This document shows positions 1 through 9,800 of a stretch of DNA of 64,000 nucleotides, one piece after another. The DNA lies in contig JANHCV010000010.1 in NCBI GenBank assembly GCA_025594325.1, positions 1,116,001 to 1,180,000 on the forward strand. Reading direction: 5' to 3'. Source of the DNA: Blastocladiella emersonii ATCC 22665. Taxonomy: Eukaryota; Fungi; Blastocladiomycota. Numbering within the stretch: position 1 is the first letter of the stretch; each line of letters opens with the position of its first letter. The notes under the pieces are model-generated. The model saw only the letters and a program-made list of their open reading frames with translations. It did not search any database and was not told the DNA's origin. Both the position numbers and the translations under genes were made by a program.

Positions 1-37
1 ATCGCTGAACAGACACCACCACCACATCGAGTGAGCA

Positions 38-2188
38 ATGGGCATCACCGGCCTGCTGCCCGTGCTCGAGCCGGCGGTGCGCAAGACGCACCTGTCAGCG
101 TTCCAAGGGCAGACGGTGGGCGTCGACGGGCACGTGTGGCTGCACCGCGGCGCGTACGCGTGCGCGGCCGAGCTCGCGCGGGGCGAGCCGACGTCGCGCT
201 TCCTCAACTACGCGCGCCGCCGCCTGGCGCTCCTCCAAAACCTCGGCGTCACGCCGTACGTGGTGCTCGACGGCGCCCCGCTGCCCGTCAAGCGCGGGAC
301 CAACGCGTCGCGCGCCGAGCGCCGCGCCGAGAACCTGGCGCGCGCGCACGCGCTCGAGGCGCAGGGCGACGCCGCCGCCGCCGACAAGCACTTCAAGGCG
401 TGCATCCGCGTCACGCCCACCATGGTCCGCGCGCTCGTCGCCATGCTGCGCGCCGCCGGCGTCGCGTACCTCGTGGCGCCGTACGAGGCCGACGCGCAGC
501 TCGCGTACCTCGAGCGGTCGGGGCTCGTCGACGCGATCCTCACCGAGGACTCGGACCTGCTCGTGTTCGGGTCGCGCCGCGTGCTGATGCGGCTCGAGGA
601 CGACGGCGGGTGCCAGCTGCTCGAGCGCCGCGCCGTGCGGTCCGCCGTCGCCGAGCCCTACGACCTGCGCCGGTGGCCGCTGCAGCGGTTCGTCGACTGG
701 TGCGTGCTGTCCGGGTGCGACTACCTGTCGTCGGCGCGCGGCGTCGGGCTCGCCAAGGCTCACAAGTACATTTCGTCGGTGTGCTCGCGCGACCAGTGGG
801 ACTGGGACCGCGGCATCTACCACGACCTCGAGCGGTCCGCCGGCGAGCCGTACGTCTACCACGACGACTCGGACCCCGAGGATGACCACGGCCACGCTCC
901 CGCCGCCTCGTCCGCGTCGCCGGGCTACCGCTCCGATACCCTTTCGCGGTGCATCAAGTCCATGGTATTCAAATCCCAATCCATCCCCGACGGCTACACC
1001 AAGGACGCGCTCCGCGCGCGCCTGACCTTCCGCCACCAGCGCGTCTTCTGCCCGCGCACCCGCGAACTCGTCCTGCTGCGCCCGTGGCCCGACCTCGCCC
1101 ACCCGGCGCGCCTGCACGCCAACTCGGACTACGTCGAGCTCGGCCTCGCCGACACCCACCCGGACCACATCCGGTTCCTGGGCCCGTGGTGCGCCCCCGA
1201 GATCGCCCGCGCGATCGCCGCGGGTGACCTCGACCCCGTCACCCTGCGCCCGTACCCGGACGTGGAACCCAGCGCGACACCGGATCTCGCCACGCTCGAG
1301 CTCGCGTCCAGTCTTTCGGCTGCGCAGGAGGAAGAGGAGGAGCCTGTCTCGTCCCCGCCGTCGGCCCCGCCGCGCCTCCTCCGCCCGCCGAGCAACGCGC
1401 CCCGGTCGTCGTTCAACCCGCAGCCGCGGTCCGCCAGGGCGCCCGCGTGGCGCGTGCCCGCCACGGCGGGGCCGGCGCAGCAGCAGACGAGCCGGTTCTT
1501 CACACCCGCCCCACCCTCGGCACCAGCACCCGCGCTTCCCCCGATCGTCTCGCCCGTCATGGACGTGTTCCCGGCGTCGGACCCGGACGTGTTCGACGTG
1601 GGCTCGGACCCGATCTACGACGAGGACTACTACAGCGACGACGGCGAGGCGTACTCGGACGAGATCGCCGTGTTCACCGAGTTTGAGGACGAGGTCGCGC
1701 CCGCTGTGGGCGAGGAGGAGCGTGCTGCCGCGACGCTACCCACGCCCGCGCTCTCGCCGCCGCCACTACCGCCGGCCGTGATACCACCCAAGCCGGCGCC
1801 CGTATCGCCCCCTCGGCCACGCCCCGCCACGGCTGCGGCGGCGGTCGTGGTCAACGTCGACTCGCCTTCCCCACCACCCGCCGCGGCCGTCCCACCACCA
1901 GCAGCAGCACCCGTCGTCGCGGCACCGCGCAACCCGTTCCGGTGGTCGCCCGCGCGGCCCGCGTCCAAGCCTGCGGCGTCGGCGGCGCAGAACGAGGCCC
2001 CGCCGCAGCCGCCCGCGATGCCGCGGCCGCGCACGCGCGGTACGCTGGGCACCGGCGGCAGTTTGCGGATCGGGCTCAGCGGAGCGGCGCAGGGTAAGCG
2101 CGAGGGGTCCGCATACTTTGCGCCGCCGCTGTCGTCGTCGCAGGGGCCGGCGCCGTTGAAGCCGGTCAAGCGGGCGCGGGTCGGGTAG
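38..2188 (+). CDS. EXO1: Exonuclease 1 (XPG/Rad2 family 5'-3' nuclease), intronless, with long Pro-rich C-terminal tail
   Basis: N-domain MGITGLLP...VGVDGHVWLHRGAYACA, I-domain VAPYEADAQLAYL and ILTEDSDLLVFG, H3TH CVLSGCDYL, and RLTFRHQRVFCP all match Exo1. Confidence 0.95.
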   Translation: MGITGLLPVLEPAVRKTHLSAFQGQTVGVDGHVWLHRGAYACAAELARGEPTSRFLNYARRRLALLQNLGVTPYVVLDGAPLPVKRGTNASRAERRAENLARAHALEAQGDAAAADKHFKACIRVTPTMVRALVAMLRAAGVAYLVAPYEADAQLAYLERSGLVDAILTEDSDLLVFGSRRVLMRLEDDGGCQLLERRAVRSAVAEPYDLRRWPLQRFVDWCVLSGCDYLSSARGVGLAKAHKYISSVCSRDQWDWDRGIYHDLERSAGEPYVYHDDSDPEDDHGHAPAASSASPGYRSDTLSRCIKSMVFKSQSIPDGYTKDALRARLTFRHQRVFCPRTRELVLLRPWPDLAHPARLHANSDYVELGLADTHPDHIRFLGPWCAPEIARAIAAGDLDPVTLRPYPDVEPSATPDLATLELASSLSAAQEEEEEPVSSPPSAPPRLLRPPSNAPRSSFNPQPRSARAPAWRVPATAGPAQQQTSRFFTPAPPSAPAPALPPIVSPVMDVFPASDPDVFDVGSDPIYDEDYYSDDGEAYSDEIAVFTEFEDEVAPAVGEEERAAATLPTPALSPPPLPPAVIPPKPAPVSPPRPRPATAAAAVVVNVDSPSPPPAAAVPPPAAAPVVAAPRNPFRWSPARPASKPAASAAQNEAPPQPPAMPRPRTRGTLGTGGSLRIGLSGAAQGKREGSAYFAPPLSSSQGPAPLKPVKRARVG

Positions 2189-2319
2189 CGGAGCCTGACG
2201 AGGAGTAGCTCATCTGTGTGTGTGTCACTATATCGCAATCAATATCCATCCATCCATCCGTGCATCAGCTGCTAACAAGAGGAACATATATAAACAACAA
2301 CCAATCAATACCATCAAAC

Positions 2320-2598
2320 TTACTTCTTCTTCTTCTGCGAGTCCTTGAACTTGACCCACTTCTTGGACGGAGCAAACTCGCCGAGCTTGTGTCCGACCAT
2401 GTCCTCGGTCACCTGCACCTGGACGTAGTCCTTGCCGTTGTGCACCTGGAACGTCGCCCCGACAAACGTCGGCAGGATCACGCAGCTGCGCTGGTCGGTC
2501 CGCACCGCGCCGCCGCTCAGCGCCGCCTGCAGGTCCGGGAACGGCGTCACGAACGGGCCGCGCCACACGGAGCGCAGGAGCGGGAGGGTGCCGCGCAT
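2320..2598 (-). CDS. RSM19: Nuclear-encoded mitochondrial ribosomal protein uS19m
   Basis: RSVWRGPF...RSCVILPTFVGATFQVHNGKDYVQVQVTEDMVGHKLGEFAP is the uS19 signature. Confidence 0.92.
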   Translation of the reverse strand: MRGTLPLLRSVWRGPFVTPFPDLQAALSGGAVRTDQRSCVILPTFVGATFQVHNGKDYVQVQVTEDMVGHKLGEFAPSKKWVKFKDSQKKKK

Positions 2599-2983
2599 CT
2601 TGGGGTGGGGCTACGAGGGAAAGGGCGAGGGGCGAGCGGCATCACGCATCACGCATCACGGTGAGTTCGGGAGGTTGTTGGATGGGCGCGCGATGCGGCA
2701 GTATAGATGCATGAGGGGCCGGGTATTACATTGCAGAGAGTGGGTGCACGCTGCGGGCAGAGTAGCGCGCGCTTTCGGGCGGTCAAGGTCGCCGATGGAG
2801 GTCGCTGAAGCGCAGCCGGCCGGCAACACAAAAATATTCCGTCGGCGTGACCGTCACCCCGCGATCCCCGCGCCACCAGCCTCCCTGGCGCCACTCTCTT
2901 CAGCGACGCGAAGCCCGCCCGCCCTCTCTCCCGCTGGCCCCTCAGCACGCACCTTAGACTGAGACCATGCATCGAATGAATCC

Positions 2984-3670
2984 ATGCAATGCGTGGCACT
3001 CGACGATCTCGTGGCGGGGCGGCACCGGCGTCGGCTGTACCGCGCATTCGTTGCACGGCGCACAGCCGCTGCCATAGAACGCTTGTTGGACGTGTATGCT
3101 TGGAAAAGGAACTTGCAGCTGTTCAAACATCGCATCCATGAACGTCACAGCAACCGGTCACACCGTGCATCGGCCCAGCTCGCGCTCTCGCTCGCCACGC
3201 TCGTGTTCCAGGACGGCACCGTTTGCGCGTTGGAATTGCGCCTGCTGTTGATTGCGGCTCTCGCAGACGGCCAAGCGTACTGTGGCCTCGTTCGGTGGAA
3301 GTGAATGCCCACGACCACCACCTCAGCGCGCGACTTGACCTGCCGCAGCCCGTACGATTGCGAAGCCGCGCTCGACGTCGATCCGTTGCTCTCCTCGGCT
3401 GTATTACTCAACAGTTCGGCGAGGGCACGTTCGGGCGCTCGACCGCATCTTCGCAGCATTCCCAGCTCCACTCGCATCACGCAACCTTCGCGGCTCACAA
3501 AGGACTGGCTGTGGCTACAGGCCACAGCGCAATGGTACCGCACACTTCACTGCAAGCCGCAGCATTTACATCCGCTTGCGATGCTGCTGCTACCAATCAC
3601 TTATCAAGACGCTCTCGGCTTACCGGACCGCTGTCGCAATCGCGTGTTCTCTCACTCGCACGTACCTAGC
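2984..3670 (+). pseudogene. Decayed ankyrin-like repeat gene relic, probably of the accessory family
   Basis: Fragments in different frames read TVRRGHVRALDRIF and LAVATGHSAMV, resembling GHVALLDKC, GKVRVLDKW and GHIQVLEWW in intact members. There is no continuous ORF. Confidence 0.35.
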
Positions 3671-3730
3671 TAAACCTGACACGCGGCACCAACCAACAAA
3701 CCCGCATCCGCCACTCGACCTCGCGCCCCT

Positions 3731-3843
3731 GCTCCCGCCGCGCGCCGTTGGGGCACCGCGCGCCCGCGCGCCGTGAAAAGACCGCGCCGCTCGCGCGTGC
3801 GGTGCCCTTGGTACGCTTACACGTTGCGGCGTGCGGCGGGAGC
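3731..3843. repeat. Structured dispersed repeat, copy 1 (long hairpin; candidate ncRNA or MITE-like element)
   Basis: Inner arms 3751-3770 and 3788-3807 flank the loop CCGTGAAAAGACCGCGC. Outer arms are GCTCCCGCCGCGCGCCG and CGGCGTGCGGCGGGAGC. 30 bp are identical to the copy at 13153-13182. Confidence 0.7.
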
Positions 3844-4015
3844 TGCGCGGGCGGGACTCGGGGTTCGGTTGGGCGCGGCGGGTGAGGTACAGGGTGAGGT
3901 ACGGTCGGAGGACGGCTCGCGCGTCGTGATTGTCTTCGTGAATACATGGCTGCTTGCGTGGTACTAGCGCCCGCGGTGGTGAGGACCGTGCGCTCGAATA
4001 TCCATGCCCCAGTCA

Positions 4016-4912
4016 TCATGGACTCCAACGTGAAGACCCGCGGCCTCGTGGGCCGCCCTTGAGCCCGCTGTACGCCGGGCCGCTACTGCTCGTGTCAATC
4101 CAATTTAACGTGCCGTTTGGAGTGCACCGATGCGCAATACGATTGCCATATAGTTCCAAGGATGTAAGTGACGGTGGAAACTTGATGGCTTGTAGTTGAT
4201 CAAAGCTCAAGTCCACAACACCCATGGCGAGCGAGGTCACGTCACGGTCCAAAATCGACATGGCCCGGTTGAGGGCCCGAATACCGTCCATGGAAATGCG
4301 GGAGCCGAAGAACGTGAGTTCGCGGTCCCCACTTGCAACTAATTCGTACGTGTTTGTGCAGTCGAGATCGCCGGCTGCAACCCTGGAGCCCACGACGACA
4401 CCGGTCTGGGCAAACTGGCGACACAAGCGGGCCAGGTCAAGATCGCCGGCCTGTTCCGCCTCGTTCGCGGCTGCATTCCAGTCGTCCGCGTATTGGCCGG
4501 GCAAACCCATGAGGATGCCAGCCCAATACGGGAGGGAGCGGTACGTGAGCGGAAGCCCCGAGTCGCGCCAGAATTCGAGCACGTCGTAGTGCCGGTGCTC
4601 CACGGCGAGATCAAATGCGGCTTTGGTGTGTTTTATGGAGAGCCCGAATGCGACCCGGAAGCGCAAGACATCGGTGCGGCCAGCCCCGCTCGCCTCGTCT
4701 ACGGGAATAGTCAAGACGTGCTCTTGAACGGCTCGGCAAGCACCAGGAATGAGAGCCCGGGGAGAAACCCGCAGATAAGGTGCGATTGCAGAGAAAGGGA
4801 CTCTCGGATCATCGCGGACGTGGAGGCGCACGGCCTCGGCGAGGATTTGGTCCACGAGCTCGGGGACTGAGAGCGAGAGACGGTGCATCGAGTGTGGTCT
4901 AACGTTTTGCAT
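4016..4912 (-). pseudogene. 3'-truncated F-box-like/ankyrin-like/LRR family member with only the first one or two LRRs
   Basis: VPELVDQILAEAVRLH, RHYDVLEFWRDSGL and FPPSLTSLELYGN are colinear with the 5925-7757 paralog. Homology stops near 4095 and is followed by unrelated sequence and a stop. First ATG is at 4912. Confidence 0.75.
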
Positions 4913-5029
4913 CAAGTCCTACGGTCGTTCGTTTATTCATTGGCTTGCATTGGGATGGCGAGGGTCAGGAGAAGCAACCGTCGGTGAGCGAAAGCAACCG
5001 AGAGACAGCTTGCGTCACACACGCGAGAG

Positions 5030-5038
5030 TCACATGAT
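5030..5038 (-). promoter_or_regulatory. ATCATGTGA E-box upstream of the 4912 family member
   Basis: Plus strand tcacatgat, 118-126 bp upstream of the ATG. The same motif occurs at a similar distance before three paralogs. Confidence 0.45.
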
Positions 5039-5832
5039 ATCGAAACGCGTCCATCGCCGAGAACGGCGATGCCGGGAGCGACGGAAACGTTACGTCTTAG
5101 GGGCTGTATACGCCTTAAAATCATTCTCCATGAAAGGTGACGTGTCACGGCCACCATGAGGCCGGCCCGCAAGCGCTGCTCGCTGCCGCAGTTTCCCAAG
5201 TGCTGCAGCACGATGGCCACCAAGAATTACACGAGCACCCCACATGAACTGCGGCCCGTGAAATTCTGCTTGAGTGCGCAGTACATAGGGCGCGACAGAA
5301 ATTCATGAGCGTGGTTATGAGCCGCGCGAGACCGTCACTTGATTCTACCTTTCAAAAGTTGACCGGCTGGCTGAATGCACTGCGCTCGTACTCCAGCCTC
5401 AAGAGGCCTATTTAAATTGCAGCACCTCCCGCATCCCACCGCCTCTCTTAAGCTCAACGTAGCCATTCCTGCTTGCTTGCTCCCATCCCAAGTCTCGTGA
5501 TTGCACGTCTTCCAACCTGGGCCAAGGCAGTGGCAGACGTCCTGGGCCCCACTGGTGGCCCGAGACAGAAACCGGCGATGTTCCCTGGAAAGCTTTGGTT
5601 GGTTGGGCGGAGACGTGGGCGGTGCAACGGGTGCTTGCTTCACAGCTTGCGGTGTGAACATGGTTTTCGATGCTAACTGACGATTTATGTGGCATTCGAT
5701 GAATCAACTCGTTCCCGCGTCTCGTCGCAGTTGCAAGCCGGCGCTGGGCAAAGTTCAGGTAAAACGATAAGCAAGGCCGAGCGATAGGCCTTGGCGAGCG
5801 AGTGTTTGGGACGTGCAATAGGTATTGTATTT

Positions 5833-5889
5833 GAAGAAGAAGGTGGTAACAGAAGAAGAAGGTGGTAACAGAAGAAGAAGGTGGTAACA
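5833..5889. repeat. Three perfect tandem copies of the 19-bp unit GAAGAAGAAGGTGGTAACA
   Basis: Copies at 5833-5851, 5852-5870 and 5871-5889 with no spacers, lying just 3' of the minus-strand LRR gene. Confidence 0.95.
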
Positions 5890-5924
5890 AAGATACAGCT
5901 AGACAAACAAAAGAAAACGTCCGA

Positions 5925-7757
5925 TCAAGAGAGGGCGAAGGTATGAGGTAACTTGCTCGAGTAATACTCGAAGAGTGTGGCCAAATCCTGGCTCAAGTAC
6001 TCCTTGGAAAGCTCGACCGTCAACGATTCGTGACGTGCGAGCCAGAGCTGCATGAGAAGCATAAAGCCAGCGTCGCTAAAATTGTTCTCCTTGACACAAA
6101 GCACCGTCACCGACTGCGGCAGGCGAGCCGCGAGAAGGCTTGCTGATGTGTCTGTAATACCGCAGCCATTCAATACAACCGCCTCTAGCTCAAGGGACGC
6201 GAAGTCGAGCAGCTTTGCAACGCAGTCGTCGTCAATGCTAGTGTAGCTGAGATTGATGTGCCGCAGTTTAGGGCCAACAAGGCGTTCCAGTAGCAGCAGT
6301 GCGTCAGTGCTTGGTCCAAGCGAGAACTTGGACAGATCCAGCCGTTCAAGTATCGGGAATGCGTGCTCGACTGGCAGTGGAGCCCCATTCGCCAAGAACG
6401 CCAGCTTGGGCGCAGACGCGTGCTCGACTCGATCCGGAACACGGTCACGGTTTCCGATCGCGAGCGACTTGAGCGATGGCTGCGGGACGCTCGCCAAAGC
6501 AAGAAGTGCAAGAACGTTATTCGTTTGGAACCCCTGAAGGTCGAGGAGCTCGACCGAGTCGGTAAGATGTTGGAGAACGACGTGAAGCCCAGTGAATCCG
6601 ATTTTGGAGTTGAAACTGAGGTCCAGCACCCTCAAACCCCGAGGAAGGCGCTCACCGATAGCCATGGCTCCATGAGTACCGATGTCGTGATGGCTGAGAT
6701 TGAGGATCTCGAGGCCATGCGGGAACCCACGCGAAATAGCCGCGGCACCGTCGTCATCAAGCTTGCAGTGTGTCAACGCAAGCATAACAAGGTGCTGAGG
6801 AAGCCCGCGTGCGAGAGGCGTCAAGGCCACCGTATCAAAACGACAATACTTGAAGGTGTTCGAAAATGATGGCAAAGTGAGAGCCCAAAAAATTCTCCGT
6901 TTTAATCGTAAGGGATGAAAGGTTGAGAGATGCAAGCTTGTCCTGGAGTCCAAGAGTGGTACCAGGCTTGCAGCGGTGCGTGATCCGGTTCGCATTGAGG
7001 AGAAGCGATTTGAGGGAGGGTGGAAGATCGATTGCCTGGAGTCGAGGAAAGTCAAGGTCCACGACGTGCAGGGCCAACGAGGCGACCGATCGGTTAGGAA
7101 TCGCAAGCGCACGGTTGAGCTCGCGGACGCTGTCAGCCGAGATACGGGAGCGAGAAATGGAATTATCAGTCGCTCCGTTCACGACGTCGTTGTAAGCTTG
7201 CGCGCACTTGGCGTCGCCAGATGTAATCTTGGTACCGACCACGACTCCGGTGCGACCAAACTCGCGGTACTGACGGGCTTCCACATGCTGACCACGTTCG
7301 TCCGCTTGAGCCGCCGCCGCCTCCAAATCAACGGGAAGTATCTCCGGAACACCCAGGAGGACAGCAGCCGTTGCGGTAACGCGACGGTACTTGAGGTGCA
7401 GACCAGAGTCACGCCAGAATTCAAGAGTCGTAGTGGCGTTTGTTTATCGCGTGACGCAAAGCGGATCTAGTGTACTCCATGGGGAGCATATAGGCAAAGA
7501 CGGTAGCGCAGGAGCTCGACTCGATTGGTGGCGCTCGCGTCGTCCACGGACACGGCCAAGACGAATTGGTTCACGGCCTCGTAAACGCCGGGGATACGTG
7601 CACGGGAAGCAACTCGCAGATAGGGTGCAAGTAAGCGAAGATCAAAGCCCGCCTCGTCGAGGTCGTGAAGGCCCACGGCCTTGACGAGGATCCGGTCGAC
7701 GAGCTCGGGCGCGGCGATGGCAAGTTTAGGTCTTTGCATGGAGTGCAATAGTTGCAT
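5925..7757 (-). pseudogene. Full-length F-box-like/ankyrin-like/LRR family member with three frameshifts
   Basis: APELVDRILVKAV, then (shift ~7502) LPMEYTRSALRHAINKRHYD, then (shift ~7426) LEFWRDSGL...LPPSLKSLLLNAN, then (extra T at 6837-6840) DTVALTPLARGLPQHLVMLAL and the LRR array to the stop at 5925. Aligns to the 4016-4912 paralog. Confidence 0.8.
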
Positions 7758-7850
7758 GGTGCCACGAGGGCTTGGTTCATGGGATTGGCATTCAGGAGGT
7801 TGAGAGCGTCCTTCGAGCGGCTTCGAGCGCCACCTCGCCGGAAGGTCGCT

Positions 7851-7870
7851 TCACCTGCGCTCACATGATT
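7851..7870 (-). promoter_or_regulatory. Double E-box AATCATGTGAGCGCAGGTGA upstream of the 7757 family member
   Basis: Matches AATCATGTGAGAACAGGTGA at 36661-36680 at 18 of 20 positions. Both lie about 90-115 bp upstream of the ATG in the same orientation. Confidence 0.55.
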
Positions 7871-8349
7871 TCTCGTCGCGTCTCAAGCGAGAATGTCTCG
7901 CGCCTGACGGGCCTGACGCGTCTACCAGCTTCCCGACAGTTGCCTGGCAAGGTCTCAGGATTCGACGGGCAGTGCTGACGCGCAGTGCCGGCGCACAGGC
8001 CGATATTGTCGTTTGCAGCCAAAATGCGCCGGGTGGGCCCACCTCGCAGCTGATCTCGCACTCACGTGGGCTTGATTTCCACCTCACCCCGCTGCCGGCG
8101 ACGCGTCGCGGCCGCTCTCCTCCGCCAAAGCCCAAGTGCTGGCGTGTTCTCTCTCCCCCAGCAACGTGTCAATAAATCGATTTGAAACCATGCATCGCAT
8201 ATTTACGACAGGCGCCTAAGCGGGCCCTCGCCCCCCACACCGCTGAGCCGCTGACTTCGCCGGCTCTCCTTGTTTGTCGCGGCCACCCTCCGCCCTCGGA
8301 GCAGAACACTGGCTTGGGGGCAGCCGTAACATAACTTGTCGCTTCCACA

Positions 8350-9526
8350 GTGTCCTCCGCTGCCTCTGATCGGCGCTACGTTCCTCCCGCGGCTTTGCCA
8401 CTGCCTCGCTTCGCGGTTGACCCGAACAGCCAAGACGCGCGCATCCACGCCGGCTCATGGGTCGCCGTTGACAGTGAGGCCAAGTTTGTTACGCAACTGA
8501 CGTGCTTCGAGCCGAGGCCGCCTGCGGGCTCAACTTCGCCCGCACTTACTCCGAACGGCGCGATCTCACGCTTCCTCCTCGCGTCAGCCTCAGCGCGGCT
8601 TACATTCGCGTTTCGCGTCGTGTACCTTGACGACGACGAGCTCGTTGTACCGTTCGCTCTCGTTTAACAACGCACGCACTCTCGCGTCGCTGAGTCGCGC
8701 CAGCGGCGAACGAACCACAGATACCGCCCCCTCAAGCGACTACGCGTTAACGCGGCGTAGGTTCCGCCCGCTTCCAGGCCTCAACGACGGCGATGGTCGT
8801 GATGTCGATCTGCTTGATGGCGAAGAGTTTGGCGAGCCCGCCTCGGCTCGTCGCTGTTTGGGGGCCGTGTCTGAGCACGCGGGCGAGAACACAATCTTCA
8901 CCGCGCTGGACCAGTTCTTCTTCCTCATCTACAACAAGACCGAGATCGCACACGGCCTCAGAAGCATAAAGCAACACGCGGGCCTGTACGGCGTTTGAGG
9001 CGCGCTGCCGCTGGCCCAGCGTGGCGACGCGCAGCGGTCGCGTCGTTGGGCGGCGACTGCTGCGCGCGAGGCCGCTGCGGTCAACGACGCGGACGAGTCT
9101 GGCCCAGCGTGACGACGCGCAGCGGTCGCGTCGCAGCCGAACGACCCGCCTGCGCGCGAGGCCGCGGCCGTCGACGACGCGGACGAGTCAAGCGACGACG
9201 AGGGCATCACCTTCGTCTGTGAGCGCGCGGTGACGCCCGGTGTGGTCTTCGTACGCGAGCGCATCGTCACGCCTAAGCGCGCCGCATCGCCTGACATTCT
9301 CTCGGCCGCGAGCGCGGGCCCCCGACGAAGATCAACTACTCCCGCGCACGTTCCCCTTCACCCGACATTATCCCCATCCATGCGTAGGCGCCCCCGTCGT
9401 AGGCGCCCCCGTCGTAGATTGGGACCGTCGCCGCGCGGCTGGCGCCCGCACGAGCGGAGGGCGACCTTCGATCGAGGTGCTGAGGGAGTGCCAACAGGGT
9501 CGGGTCGAGACATTTACTTTGCATAG
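8350..9526 (+). pseudogene. Probable decayed gene of unknown family with SIM-like motifs
   Basis: Protein-like segments in shifting frames (FAFRVVYLDDDELVVP; FTALDQFFFLIYNK; DESSDDEGITFVCER...VVFVRERIV) are interrupted by stops and a frameshift. Confidence 0.3.
9011..9188. repeat. Imperfect tandem duplication with 88-bp and 90-bp units
   Basis: Both units start CTGGCCCAGCGTG and end GACGCGGACGAGT. They differ by a net 2-nt indel and by TGG versus TGA. Confidence 0.9.
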
Positions 9527-9800
9527 AGCTGCGTTTACATGTATTAATTTTCTGCGGGAGCTGAGCGACGAGGGAGGTGAACGTGAGGTGAGCGGGAAGC
9601 GCGCGAGCGGTGGAGCGGTGCTTGGCATTTTTTCCGAGCGGGCGGCCGAGCGGAGGAATGAGCGGTGATTTCGCTGCGAGATCGGCTGCGAGAATAGCCC
9701 CGCGAGCTCGCCGCGTCGCGCTTTGGTCGCAAGCGGCAATACGATTCGCGTCCATGAATATTTGTATGTATACCAAACCAACTAGAAAACCCACGACCGC

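Noticed and set aside
3751-3807. SECIS interpretation of the hairpin with TGA read-through in upstream relics
   Set aside because: GTGA is immediately followed by AAA with no 11-12 bp helix II, and the upstream relics have frameshifts and TAA/TAG stops as well.
5833-5889. 19-bp repeats as a CRISPR-like array
   Set aside because: The copies are directly adjacent with no spacers, the genome is eukaryotic and there are no cas genes. This is a minisatellite.
5925-7757. Programmed frameshifting restoring the LRR gene
   Set aside because: It would need three shifts of mixed sign with no slippery heptamers or stimulatory structures. Decay or assembly error is simpler.
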